From NCBI RefSeq assembly GCF_009914755.1, contig NC_060925.1: a stretch of 64,000 nucleotides of DNA. The stretch is one strand, 5' to 3'. Under the pieces are notes generated by a model, which saw nothing but the letters and a program-made list of their open reading frames with translations, did not search any database and was not told where the DNA came from. Below, piece by piece: positions 14,915-37,091 of the stretch. The stretch's first letter is position 1, and each line of letters begins with the position of its first letter. Position numbers and translations under genes: made by a program. The stretch comes from the human T2T-CHM13v2.0 reference genome, Homo sapiens.

Positions 14915-15837
14915 TATTTATTTGTTCATGTAACAGATCCTGTGCTAAGATTTAGCTGGAGAGGATATAGAGATGAGTAAAATATACTAAGGAGTTCAAA
15001 ATCCAGTAAATTGGAATAAGGTAAACGTATATTTTCTAAAAGTTAATAGAAGAAGAAGTAAAGTAATATCTAACACAAAGGCAGAAGAGATTATATCTGG
15101 TTGAAAACATGAGAAAAGACTTTACAGAGAAGGCAGCATCTCAGGTATGGTTACATGTTGACATGATGAAATGGTGAAAGTGTATTCCAAGCAGAGGGAA
15201 TGTTTTGAGCTAAAGATGGGAGGGAGCAAATGATAAAACATTTGCAAACACAAAGTTAATCCACATTGTCTGGGACACAGAATATGTGTAGGGGAATAGG
15301 CTGGGATAGATACATTGGTTATATACTATAGACGGCTTTGAATACCAAGTGAGAAATTTGTGTTTGTGGTATCTGCAGAAGAGTGTGTGCTTGTAGAAGA
15401 ATCACTATTGGTTTTCAGTAAAGGAGGAATATAATCATATCTAGACTTGAATGGGTGGTAATTTAACATCACTGTGTTTAATGTGTAGAAATGGGAAAAA
15501 TAGAAAATAGGACAAACAAATCATTATAATAGTCCACATTAAATGTAATGACTGGTATGAGGACAATATCATCATTAAAAAAAAACAGTAAGCTCAGGAG
15601 AAAAGCCACTGTTAGAGGAAAAGTGACGAAGTAAGCCAACAGACAGTTGTGCTTGTAAAGAATCTATCTTGAAATACTGATTTGTGTCTCCATAGAACAA
15701 TCAATTGTTGAAATAATAAGAATGATGTAGTACATACGCTGATGATAAACCAGGAACAAGAAGGGAATCTAATGAAGATTCATTGGAGGCAAGAGGTAGA
15801 AAAAAAAAAACAAAAACAAAAGAAAGAGTCACAAAAG
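14915..15837 (-). mobile_element. L2 relic (continues at 21723-21920 and 28001-28080; split by both L1s)
   Basis: Degenerate L2-type motifs running in consensus order across the two L1 insertions. Confidence 0.55.
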
Positions 15838-15851
15838 AAAGAGTCAAATAG

Positions 15852-21708
<5,857 letters not shown>

Positions 21709-21935
21709 AAAGAGTCAAAAAGGAGGAGAACCAGGAATGCACAAAGAAAGATACAGAAAATAAAAGTTTCAAGAAGAGAGAAATCTGTGTGATGTGGGAA
21801 GGTTTAAGAAGGATGAACATTAAGACAAATTCATAGAATTTAGCAATCACCAGGTTGATGGTAACCTGTAGGAACAATTTCAGTAGCTTTTGTGTGTTTG
21901 GATATGTTTGCCAAAGGGTTAAGAATGTGTGTAGG

Positions 21936-22843
21936 GGGAGGAGGAGCCAAGATGGCCGAATAGGAACAGCTCCGGTCTACAGCTCCCAGCGTGAGCGACG
22001 CAGAAGACGGGTGATTTCTGCACTTCCATCTGAGGTACCGGGTTCATCTCACTAGGGAGTGCCAGACAGTGGGCGGAGGCCAGTGTGTGTGCGCACCCTG
22101 CGCGAGCCGAAGCAGGGCAAGGCATTGCCTCACCTGGGAAGCGCAAGGAGTCAGGGAGTTCCCTTTCCGAGTCAAAGAAAGGGGTGACGGACGGCACCTG
22201 GAAAATCGGGTCACTCCCACCCGAATATTGCGCTTTTCAGACCGGCTTAAGAAACGGCGCACCACGAGACTATATCCCACACCTGGCTCAGAGGGTCCTA
22301 CGCCCACGGAATCTCGCTGATTGCTAGCACAGCAGTCTGAGATCAAACTGCAAGGCGGCAACGAGGCTGGGGGAGGGGCGCCCGCCATTGCCCAGGCTTG
22401 CTTAGGTAAACAAAGCAGCCAGGAAGCTCGAACTGGGTGGAGCCCACCACAGCTCAAGGAGGCCTGCCTGCCTCTGTAGGCTCCACCTCTGGGGGCAGGG
22501 CACAGACAAACAAAAAGACAGCAGTAACCTCTGCAGACTTAAGTGTCCCTGTCTGACAGCTTTGAAGAGAGCAGTGGTTCTCCCAGCACGCAGCTGGAGA
22601 TCTGAGAACGGGCAGACTGCCTCCTCAAGTGGGTCCCTGACCCCTGACCCCCGAGCAGCCTAACTGGGAGGCACCCCCCAGCAGGGGCACACTGACACCT
22701 CACATGGCAGGGTATTCCAACAGACCTGCAGCTGAGGGTCCTGTCTGTTAGAAGGAAAACTAAAAACCAGAAAGGACATCTACACCAAAAACCCATCTGT
22801 ACATCACCATCATCAAAGACCAAAAGTAGATAAAACCACAAAG
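21936..22843 (+). promoter_or_regulatory. L1HS 5'UTR: CpG-rich internal sense promoter (YY1 site CAAGATGGCCG 21948-21958) and antisense promoter
   Basis: CpG-dense; YY1 motif intact; SOX-type AAACAAA motifs near 22408 and 22508. Antisense promoter activity is established for L1HS/L1PA 5'UTRs. Confidence 0.85.
22044..22388 (-). CDS. L1 antisense ORF0, long 114-aa form
   Basis: MAGAPPPASLPPCSLISDCC... from ATG 22388 in strong Kozak context (gcaATGg); an extra G at 22193/4 (GACGGACGGCACC) extends it past the usual 71-aa end. Confidence 0.75.
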   Translation of the reverse strand: MAGAPPPASLPPCSLISDCCASNQRDSVGVGPSEPGVGYSLVVRRFLSRSEKRNIRVGVTRFSRCRPSPLSLTRKGNSLTPCASQVRQCLALLRLAQGAHTHWPPPTVWHSLVR

Positions 22844-23860
22844 ATGGGGAAAAAACAGAACAGAAAAACTGGAAACTCTAAAACGCAGAGCGCCTCTCCT
22901 CCTCCAAAGGAACGCAGTTCCTCACCAGCAACAGAACAAAGCTGGAGGGAGAATGATTTTGACGAGCTGAGAGAAGAAGGCTTCAGACGATCAAATTACT
23001 CTGAGTTACGGGAGGACATTCAAACCAAAGGCAAAGAAGTTGAAAACTTTGAAAAAAATTTAGAAGAATGTATAACTAGAATAACCAATACAGAGAAGTG
23101 CTTAAAGGAGCTGATGGAGCTGAAAACCAAGGCTCGAGAACTACGTGAAGAATGCAGAAGCCTCAGGAGCCGATGCGATCAACTGGAAGAAAGGGTATCA
23201 GCAATGGAAGATGAAATGAATGAAATGAAGCGAGAAGGGAAGTTTAGAGAAAAAAGAATAAAAAGAAATGAGCAAACCCTCCAAGAAATATGGGACTATG
23301 TGAAAAGACCAAATCTACGTCTGATTGGTGTACCTGAAAGTGATGTGGAGAATGGAACCAAGTTGGAAAACACTCTGCAGGATATTATCCAGGAGAACTT
23401 CCCCAATCTAGCAAGGCAGGCCAACGTTCAGATTCAGGAAATACAGAGAACGCCACAAAGATACTCCTCGAGAAGAGCAACTCCAAGACACATAATTGTC
23501 AGATTCACCAAAGTTGAAATGAAGGAAAAAATGTTAAGGGCAGCCAGAGAGAAAGGTCGGGTTACCCTCAAAGGAAAGCCCATCAGACTAACAGTGGATC
23601 TCTTGGCAGAAACCCTACAAGCCAGAAGAGAGTGGGGGCCAATATTCAACATTCTTAAAGGAAAGAATTTTCAACCCAGAATTTCATATCCAGCCAAACT
23701 AAGCTTCATAAGTGAAGGAGAAATAAAATACTTTATAGACAAGCAAATGCTGAGAGATTTTGTCACCACCAGGCCTGCCCTAAAAGAGCTCCTGAAGGAA
23801 GCGCTAAACATGGAAAGGAACAACCGGTACCAGCTGCTGCAAAATCATGCCAAAATGTAA
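22844..23860 (+). CDS. L1 ORF1p (338 aa; coiled coil, RRM, CTD)
   Basis: Full-length MGKKQNRK...NHAKM with REKG, ARR and YPAKLS motifs intact. Confidence 0.97.
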   Translation: MGKKQNRKTGNSKTQSASPPPKERSSSPATEQSWRENDFDELREEGFRRSNYSELREDIQTKGKEVENFEKNLEECITRITNTEKCLKELMELKTKARELREECRSLRSRCDQLEERVSAMEDEMNEMKREGKFREKRIKRNEQTLQEIWDYVKRPNLRLIGVPESDVENGTKLENTLQDIIQENFPNLARQANVQIQEIQRTPQRYSSRRATPRHIIVRFTKVEMKEKMLRAAREKGRVTLKGKPIRLTVDLLAETLQARREWGPIFNILKGKNFQPRISYPAKLSFISEGEIKYFIDKQMLRDFVTTRPALKELLKEALNMERNNRYQLLQNHAKM

Positions 23861-23899
23861 AGACCATCGAGACTAGGAAGAAACTGCATCAACTAATGA

Positions 23900-27751
<3,852 letters not shown>

Positions 27752-28746
27752 ACAATGAGATCACATGGACACAGGAAGGGGAATATCACACTCTGGGGAC
27801 TGTGGTGGGGTCGGGGGAGGGGGGAGGGATAGTATTGGGAGATATACCTAATGCTAGATGACACATTAGTGGGTGCAGCGCACCAGCATGGCACATGTAT
27901 ACATATGTAACTAACCTGCACAATGTGCACATGTACCCTAAAACTTAGAGTATAATAAAAAAAAAAAAAGAAAGAAAAAAAAAAAAAGAATGTGTGTAGG
28001 TGAAGAGAAAATGTAAAAAACTTGTATAGTTTAGATGATTATTTTAATAAGTTGGCAGCAAAAATGAGGAGGCATGAAAACTGCTAAAGGATGTGGTTGC
28101 AAAATTACTCTATTCAGTATCTAATTTTTGCTGTCAGCCAAATAGAGTTCATCGGCAATAGAAAATGTACCCTTCTGAACAGAAATAAATTACATTAAAA
28201 ACCTACGTTTTTGCTGTGTTTCACAGAATAATTTTTTTTAACACACTATTATTATGGCCTAATCTATCACGATTGGTTGGGAACCAACACACTGTAACAG
28301 GAGAGAAGATGCTGGCAGGATTAATCTTCTCCCAAAGACTATTTCCTAGCCAGCTCCCTACTTCTAGATAGCTTTCCTACACTTGGAATGCTCCATCCAG
28401 GGAAGGCATGTATTGTGCAAAGGTGCCATATAACCTCTTCCTTCTTAACAGAAGTACTTTCTGAAAGGCAGACTAAGGTGCTGTGACTTATTCTCATTTT
28501 TTTCCATGAAACTTCAAGTATCATATATGCTAGTGAGAATCAGACAAATGCAAGTGAGAATCAAGGGCAAAATTATATTTTCAATTGTAAAGTTGTCAAA
28601 GGCAAATTATGTGCATGTGGAAATGGTCATAATTTATTTATATTTACTACTATAGCTCTTTAAAATAGAGACATGGGTGAATTCTGGTTTGTTCCTATTT
28701 ATTCTTCTTCATTTTAAAACAAATGTTGAAATATTATGTATTACTA

Positions 28747-29215
28747 TTTTAGTTGTCTACTGCTGCAAGACAAATTACCCCCAAAAGTTAGTGGTTAAAA
28801 TAATAAACATGTATTATCTCACAGTTTCTGTGAGTCAGAAATTCAAAGGTGGCTTAAATGGTTAGTTCTGGCTGAGGATCTTTCATGAAGTTGCAGTCAA
28901 GATTTGGCATTGGCTGCAGTCATCTGAAGGCCTGACTGACCAGAAAATCCATTTCCAAGAAAGCTTATTTCCTCAATCCATAGACCTGAGGACATAGTAG
29001 TTGGCTTCCCCCAGATTAAGTGATGCAAGAAAGAGAGTGAGAAAGGAAGAAGCTGCAGTGCCTTTATGATCTAGCACACATTGACTTCTGCCATATCCTA
29101 CTCATTAGAAATGCATAACTGAGTCCATCCTGCATTCAAAAAGAGCCAAAGTAGACTGCACACTTCAGATGGAGGAATAGAAAAGAATTTGTAGATATAT
29201 TTTTAAACAATCACA
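28747..29215 (-). mobile_element. MaLR LTR (MLT1F-like)
   Basis: ttagttgtctactgctgc...ctcacagtttctgtgagtcag...atttttaaacaatcaca. Confidence 0.75.
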
Positions 29216-29539
29216 ATGATTTAAATTCTATTCTTGGCTTGATTTGATATTTTATTAAGACTTTGACTCCTCCCAATAGTTTTCTTTAGTTTCTTGCATG
29301 TATTTTTAAGTTATACACTTCTTTGTGAACACTCTAAATTAGTGTTGTTGGAATAATGTACATTTTCCTACAGATGAAATGCATAACATTTCATTCTTAT
29401 TAGTTATTATCTATCATGAATAAGGTACTATAGTAGTCAATTTAGACATCACTAATAACTAAAATATAAAGTAGATAGCCAAAAATGCCAGAAGATGAAC
29501 TACTATAGAATAGCAGATAAAACAGGAATGAGCAATCTA

Positions 29540-29730
29540 TGGCTCTGATGGCTGGCTGCCTGTTTTGTAAATAGATTCATTGGAACACAGACTTGCCCAT
29601 TTGTTTACTTATTATCTGTGACTATTTCCACATTATGCAGGCAGAACTGAGTAATTTCAACAGAGACCATATGGCCCACAAAGCCCAAGTCATTTCTGCT
29701 GGATATTTAAAGAAAACACAAAACAGTCAT
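29540..29730 (+). mobile_element. MER58-like hAT DNA transposon
   Basis: ctgcctgttttgtaaata...ttggaacacag...acagagaccatatggcccacaaagcc. Confidence 0.7.
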
Positions 29731-30512
29731 TGAGCCATAGCCAGAATTATTGTCAATATATACCAAGAATTTACATTAAAAATATTTCAAAACACTGATT
29801 CCACATCTAACACACAATTAAAAAAAAAACACCAAGCATTTAGCTAGAATATGCTGTGTTTCAAGATCCAGACAACCATATAATAATTGAAAACATTTCA
29901 CTTTTGGCAAAATAGTATATTTTGCAAAATGGTCTATAAAAACTTTAAAACTCTCTCCTAATATTTTTTAAAGTAACTATATCCTATTTATTAACTAAAG
30001 ACTGATTTAAATTAGAATATTTCCTGTTTGAAACTAAAAAATTTTTAAACATTTATTTAAAAGTTCTTATGCTTAGATGAGTCACCAAAGAGAATATGTA
30101 GAACAAAAAGAGGAAAAGGCTACGAACAATAACATTTAGAGAGTTGGTTCGGAAAAAGAAAACTTAAAGTTGACTATGCATAGGAACAAAGTGAACTGTC
30201 AATAGGAGAATACTGTCTATTTTTTTCCATAGTGTTTCTTCAGACCTTTTCATTGGAGGGTAATACTATGACTTGACAAGTAGGAATGAACACTTTCTGT
30301 TTATTTATAAATACATCACTGTTTCCAAATAGCTAACCTTTGGATCACTTCACTCCTATTTTCAAATGAAATCTGTAAGCTAAGTATTTATTTGACAGCA
30401 TGACTTGTAGCAAGTTACTTTAGCTCACTGTACTTCATCCTGTACCATTTAGGAAGATGTGACTTTAAGTTCATTGGTCTATATGCTCTGTAAAGCAGGG
30501 ATGATGTCTGTA

Positions 30513-30662
30513 TTATCTTCTGTATCCCAGGCAGTAGGCATAAGGGATACAGTATCAGACTGAAGTCATCTGAAGGCTTGACTGACAGTTTATTAATTCG
30601 GGAGCACTTTCCAAGTATCAGACTGTATCCCTTACGCCTACTGCCTGGGATACATAAGATAA
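30513..30662. repeat. 41-bp inverted repeat (30513-30553 / 30622-30662) enclosing templated fragments, inside an L2 3' end
   Basis: Arms 39/41 complementary; 12-bp direct repeat AGTATCAGACTG at 30551-30562 and 30614-30625. Confidence 0.9.
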
Positions 30663-30999
30663 CATACGTAGAATGAATGAGTGAACAACTTAGAGCAGTA
30701 GTGGTGGAAACAGAGGTGAGCCACCCACATTCCCTTTTTATGACATATCTTATTAACCCTGCAATAAGCTCCTTCAAGATTTAGGCCTTAGCAGAGAGGC
30801 CTATATCCAAAGCCTGATTAAGGCGGGGTATAAAAGTCTGGCCATTTGGGCCCAATGTCTGACTACTCTGATGGTCCAAACATTTGGTTGGTCTCTTCCC
30901 TCCTTCTGGGGGATTGCAGAGAAGATTGGGTAAAAGCCAGGATTTAAAATCAAAGTGACCAAATTCCAGAGAAGGTCCAACTCCTAACCAAGACAAGTC

Positions 31000-33521
31000 T
31001 GTTATGCCAAAGTCAGGGTCTTGGTTGAAAAAAAAAAATGGAACTCTGATACTTGTGAAAACAGTATCTGGGCAGAGGTCCCTGAAGATTTTGAACTGCT
31101 AGTCTCTGAACTCTACCAGCTTACACAAGTGGCCTACTTCTTATTATAATTTAGCATTCTCCCCTAACATAACCTCTCCCCTGTAAGAAAACGTAACCCA
31201 GTTAGGATTCCCACCACCTCCTCTTCTAGCCATTATGCCAATAACTAGGGTTAAATCACAGCATAACTTGCTGCACCTGATATAGGCAGAAGGGACTATG
31301 ACCCAAGGGGATAAAAGATCTCGTCAGTATGTACTGGTAGGAGAAGGGGGCATATATGTGGATCTGACTGCACAGGTATTTGATCAAGAGAACCATAATA
31401 TAACATAAATAACATAAAATTAGATATGGAAAAGTTTATTAATTTGGGAGCACTTTCCAAGATAGAGGAATTAACACTCTGGCAAGGACCCCAGGAGGTT
31501 GCACAAGCTCCTACAGTGGGTCCAAGCTGTGAGGCAAGCAGTCCTGTACTTTGGGCCACATGACCTGGCAGACCCTACGGTATTAGAGGAATCAATGGTG
31601 GAAAAATAAGTTATGCAAAGCCTATGTTAAGCCTTGATGGGAAGATCACAGTGCAGGCTCCTGAGATTTTGTATCAAGGCTCTGCCACCTGCAGCAGAGA
31701 TTTAAACACATTTTGAAAAATGAATTCCAGCATACCGGTAGCCTTAGTAGAGTCTGGGCACTTAATCACAGGACACCAAATGACTACACATCTGAATCTC
31801 CTATAAGCTGAGTTCCATCAGATTCATCAAGTCATAAGGCCAACCAGTTCCAGTGCATTCTGGGAAGGAATATGAGCAACACAGAGGCACAAGCAGACTG
31901 CATAAGCAAGTTGTCCATATTCCCAGCCAGTACCTCTTCTTTAGCTGACACCTTTGCTCTCTGGGGGATCCCTTACGACCAGCTGTCAGAAGGAGAAAGC
32001 CCAAACTTGGTTTATGGATAGTAGGCTTCTTACGTAGGTGCAAACTGAAGATGGATGGCAGCTGAGCTACAGCTTCACCCAGAAGTGCCTTAAAAGGCAG
32101 TAACAGGGAACATCTTCTAATGAGCAAGTCTCAGGCAGTGTACCAGATCATTCACTTTGTGAGCAAGAGAGGTTGCTTGAGGTTAGAATAGGTACAGACT
32201 AATGGAAATTTGTGAGTGACCTGGCTGGTTGATTAGGCACCTAAAAGGAAGAATATTGTAAGACTGGGGCCAAGAAGATGTGAGAAACAGGAATATGGGA
32301 GGACATACTGGAGTAGGCACGAAGTGTGAAGATCTTTGTATCACATGTCAATATTTACCAGAGGGTCAAACATGAAAGAGTATCTGCAGGTAGATTTAAT
32401 GACTCAGAAAGCTGACATCAGCAAGCCTTGATCATCAGTCACTTCAGTGCTGGATGATGGATATATGAATGGAATGGACATGGTAGAAGAGATGGAAGGT
32501 ATGCATGAGTCTGACATCATAGGGTGCAATTCAACAAGGCTAATATAAATACTGCTTCCACTGAATATCCAAACTGCCAACAACAGAGAACCATATTAAG
32601 CCCACAACATGGTACCATTCTTTGAGAAGCCCAACCAGCTAGTTGGAGGCAAGTTCATTCTGGAAAGGCCAAAGATTTATTCTAGCAGAAATGACATATG
32701 CTTTGAAAATGGGTGGCCTTCCCCACACTGAGGCCTCAATTAGTACCAGTATTTAGTAGCTTAAAAAGTGTCTAATTTACCATATGGGATCCCCAAAATA
32801 TTATGTCAGAGCAGGGGACTCATTTTATGCAAACAGTGCAGAAGTGGGCCTATGACCATGAGATCTAATTGTCATATTACATCACATCAAGAATTTTCCA
32901 ACTTGAGAGAGCATTGGAATAGCCTGCTAAAGGTACAAACTAAAGTGCCAGCTAGGAGGTGATGCTTTATGAGGATGAGGCACTATCCTATAGGATGAAG
33001 TATATACACTGACTCAAAGACATTTATATGGTACTGGGTCTCTAATAGGAAATATGGATGGGTCTGAAACCAAAGTGTGGAAGCAGAATTAGTTCCACTT
33101 ACTATCACTCTCAATGTCCCAGTGGAGGACTCTGTGCTTTCCATTCCCACAAAATGTGAGCTCTGCAGACATGGAGGCCCTCGTCCTCAAAGGGAACACA
33201 TTTTCACCAAGTGACACAGTGAGAGTCTCACTGAACTATAAGCTATGGCAATCTCTTGAGCCCTTCAATTTCCCTGTGTCCACACCCCAGCAGGCAAAAA
33301 TAAGTCACCATCTTGGCACAGTTAATTCACCCTGATCATCAGAAGAGGGAGAAGATTAATATCACTGAAGTCTTAAAATCAGCTGCAGTGCTAGGGGCTG
33401 TAATTTGTATGACTGATTCCTCTTCTAAGCTTCCCTCAGGAAGAGAATCCACTAGAATCCTAGGACAGCATCTCCCTAAAAGGATATGAAGAAGTAGATC
33501 CAAGCAGAACAAGGAGTAGAC
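31000..33521 (+). mobile_element. Decayed ERVL-class internal region (HERV16-like gag/pol relics)
   Basis: RNaseH- and integrase-like degenerate motifs (tggtttatggatag; catgtcaatatttaccag; cagagcaggggactcatttt; gagagcattggaatagcctgctaaag); PPT-like aaggagtagac before the LTR. Confidence 0.65.
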
Positions 33522-33928
33522 TGTGGTGAACACCAAGATATGCTTCCAAGGTACTCCTTCAAGGAAGAACTTGTGTGGCCCAAGCTGTCAGTAGCTTCAT
33601 GGTTTGCCTTAGTTCCAGAGAGCCTTCTTGACCAAAGGTACATATACCTTTCCCAGGTTGGTCCATATACAGTGACTGCTTGGAGTAAACTATAAAAGCC
33701 CAGTTACTTAAGCCTAGCATGGGACTACTCAGATGGGTCATAAAGGATTTAGAGCTTCTTGCGGGGGTGGTTGAAACTTAGTAGGGTCTGTGTCACAGAT
33801 TGACTTCTTCCTCTACCCAATCCTGTTTCTTCCCTGACTCTTTCTACAACTGTTGCTTCCTAATAAATACCCTGTAGCGAAATGCCATCTCAGCAGTTTG
33901 CCTCTAGAAAATCCAATGTGTGCTCACA
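33522..33928 (+). mobile_element. LTR16-family LTR
   Basis: tgtggtgaacacc...ctaataaataccctg...catctcagc...cctctagaaaatccaa. Confidence 0.65.
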
Positions 33929-36900
33929 GTTTTTCTCTAACTGTGGAACTCAATCCATTGAGGGCCATGGAAATACTGAAAAGTGTCACCAAGGTTATAT
34001 ACAGCCACTCAGAGTAGACTAGATACATAAAACGTATCTACCGTAAATGATCCTCATTCTTGAGAACATTGGAAACAACTAAGATAGAATCTCTTCTTAA
34101 CCAAAATCTGTGGTTATGGAAAAAATGGAATTTATACCTTTATTCAATGTTCACTTATGCTTGATGGACACAACAACTATCATACCTAGCAGTGTGGCTC
34201 CTAATGTTCACTGTAGTTTCAATGTCTGGGTAAGAACTGTTGCTATCCTTAGGAAACACAGAATGTTTTATCCTGCCTTCCTATAAGGAAGAAAATTGTT
34301 CATTACATATATATGGTTTCTGGGGATTGGCTCCCAAGTCCAAAGTGTAAGAAAATAGCATTTGGTATGTATCCCAAATCCAACCTAATGGAGATTCTCT
34401 GAGACAGCATCTGGAGTGAGATACTCATTCCTCCTTTTCCTTCATACTAAGTAATAAATCTTTTCCTGATGATTGGCTGGAGGAGAAAACTTATAGAGCT
34501 CACCAAAGACTGAAGACACTTTGACAGCAAAAGCTATAGCTTTTTATAAGTTTTTTTTGGAATATTTACCAAAAAATTTCTTTAAGTCTATTTCTGTTTC
34601 ATTATGTGCAGTGTGCTTATATTATGTACTTGCAGAATTTTACTATGCCAGTATCTAGTGCCTAAGGAGTTCAAATAAACCAGATGAGGAAATGATGTAG
34701 CACAGAGATTATACTGAATCATATCTGTTACTGAACATAGGATATATACTGCCCTCTTAATTTCTTTTCTGGCATGAAGTAGTAGTATAAATAAATAAAA
34801 ATAATGACTACTCACCTGTGCTATCTACTTACTGAGTCAGTCTTTGAAACTAAGACTGTGCCTAGTATGTCTTATTAAGGTTTCCAAAAGTTGAAGATAA
34901 ACTATCTACAAACACTGGGGATGAATTGAAGAAAAAGCAATTTTATACAAACCCTGCATTCATTAACACTTTTAAAAAGTGCCATAAGATATATTCAGCC
35001 ATTTATTTAGTCAAGAAACATATTTGAGAGCATAATACATGCAAGGCATGCTAAATAATGTAAAATGTTTTATATTATCGATTAAATTTAGAATATAAGA
35101 CAAGCACTTCATGATTATGGAGGTTCCTGATTAGACAATAGTCTACTTTGGAGTCACAGTTCCTCCACTTCAGACATTTGGATACATAAAGTTTTATAAA
35201 ACTGAATGGTCTGCTTAGTATCCCAATAGGGATTTCAGCTTCTAACGTTTCCCTAACAACTATTTGACTCTTGGATCAAAAATGTAGTAATAAAATAAAA
35301 GTTCAGAACAAAGTTTTGCCCGAGGAAGGTCTGGCAGTGATCAAGAGAATATGCCTGGAATGTCTACTCAACAGATGCTTTTACTCTCACATTTATGTTA
35401 TGGTAAACTCAAGAATAGAAAGGCAACTTGTGCTGTACTCCCTGCACTAAATTTGCCTGGCAATGTTGTTCACATAGCCTGCCCTTTTGAATGAGTCTCT
35501 TGGTAATAAATCAAAGGTGATAATGTGAATATCATCCACCTAACTTGGTTGAACTTAAGGTGTTATTAGTTTCAAAAAAAGTAACTTGGATGAGAAATAA
35601 GAGGAATTCTCTTGCTATGACACTTGTATTGCAAAACATCTGAATTGCAAACTCTTCCCAAGACTCTAATAACTAGCAGGAATGTTAAGAGAATGTTCAG
35701 AGAATATATGCTTATATGCAGAACATTATTTTCACATGTAAATTGTTAAATTAGTTCTATATTTCTTCCATGCAGACCTCATAGGTGTTGTGTTTTCTGA
35801 GGATTATATCTAAAGACAAACTCAGAGTAAGAAAATCTACCATCCGATGCCTCCCCCCACTGTCAATATTCCCTTCCCCTCAAATCACTCTAACTACAAA
35901 TGAGGAAAATAGCAGCATGGTATGGAGGATTATTAGTCTAAAGACATGAATTCCAGCTTAGATCTTCAATTCTGAAGCAAGTCTTTGAACCAATTTGGGT
36001 TTCACCTTCCTAATTCAAAAAACAAAAAGGATGGGCTAGATAATTCTGTTCATATTTTTAGCTCTAAAACTCTATGATTTTAACAATAAGAGATATGAAA
36101 AGCATTCAGTTATTTAGAGGGTATTTAAAATCTCTGGACAGGTAAGAACGAGACATGTACTTTTTTTAAAAAAATGGAATCCTTTTATTATTTCATAGTG
36201 AAGAAGGTGTTTCCAGCATTCTGAATCCTCAGTACCACTAAGAAACTATTTCCTGACATATCTACAGGAAGCAGACTTTGTGACCACTCAGAGCTTACTT
36301 TATTTTTTCATTAATCCTAAAAACTTGTCTAATCTTTTAAACTTACTTGATCTTCTAAACTCATGTGTGCTCTTTTGAGTGTAGGGGCTGTGCTCCATTA
36401 ATTGTGATGTTCATCTCAATGCTCATCTCATTGTCTAGCAGCATACTGGGCACATAGTAGGTGTTCAGTAAAGATATATAGAGTGATTGCACAGCATAAA
36501 TTAGATGCTGGTTTCTAAATTAATATATTGAAATTACAGAAGTTCCCACAGTGTACTTAAACATAGGAACGTTAAAGTATTTACTTGTTTAAGTTATGAA
36601 AAAATAAAGAAGGAAAAGTGGAGATCATATAGGGAAAAAGATGTTTTCAAGAGACTGCCTTTCTTCTCTCTTTAGGCAATAATAAATCTTTTTGAAGTTC
36701 TCTGCCAGCTAGTTAGACTATGGTTTTTTGAAATACCATTTGATAGACACATATGACATTTTTAGAGCTCAAGTACAGGACAGCATCTTTGAGATATGCT
36801 GCAGAAAAACCTAGAAAGTTTTCCTGAGTGGTGAAGACATCATTGGTCGGAATGAAATGACAGAGGGTCACATTTCTCATTTCTTTCTTGTATTGTGATT

Positions 36901-37091
36901 TCCTCTTGTATTACTTATTCCTGCTGGTTTTGAGTATCTATCCTATATGGTTTTTGCCTAAGTGATTGGTCTTTCCTTGGCTTTATACTGTGCCTTCCAA
37001 GTTAGTATTATTGGTTATTTGGAGTTCTTGAATTTTGGCTTTGCTACATTGTAGAATACGCTAGGTAAATTAGTAATCTCATTACATTAGT

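Noticed and set aside
30415-30777. 120-aa minus-strand ORF over the inverted repeat
   Set aside because: No recognisable domain or splice context; chance ORF in repeat-derived DNA.
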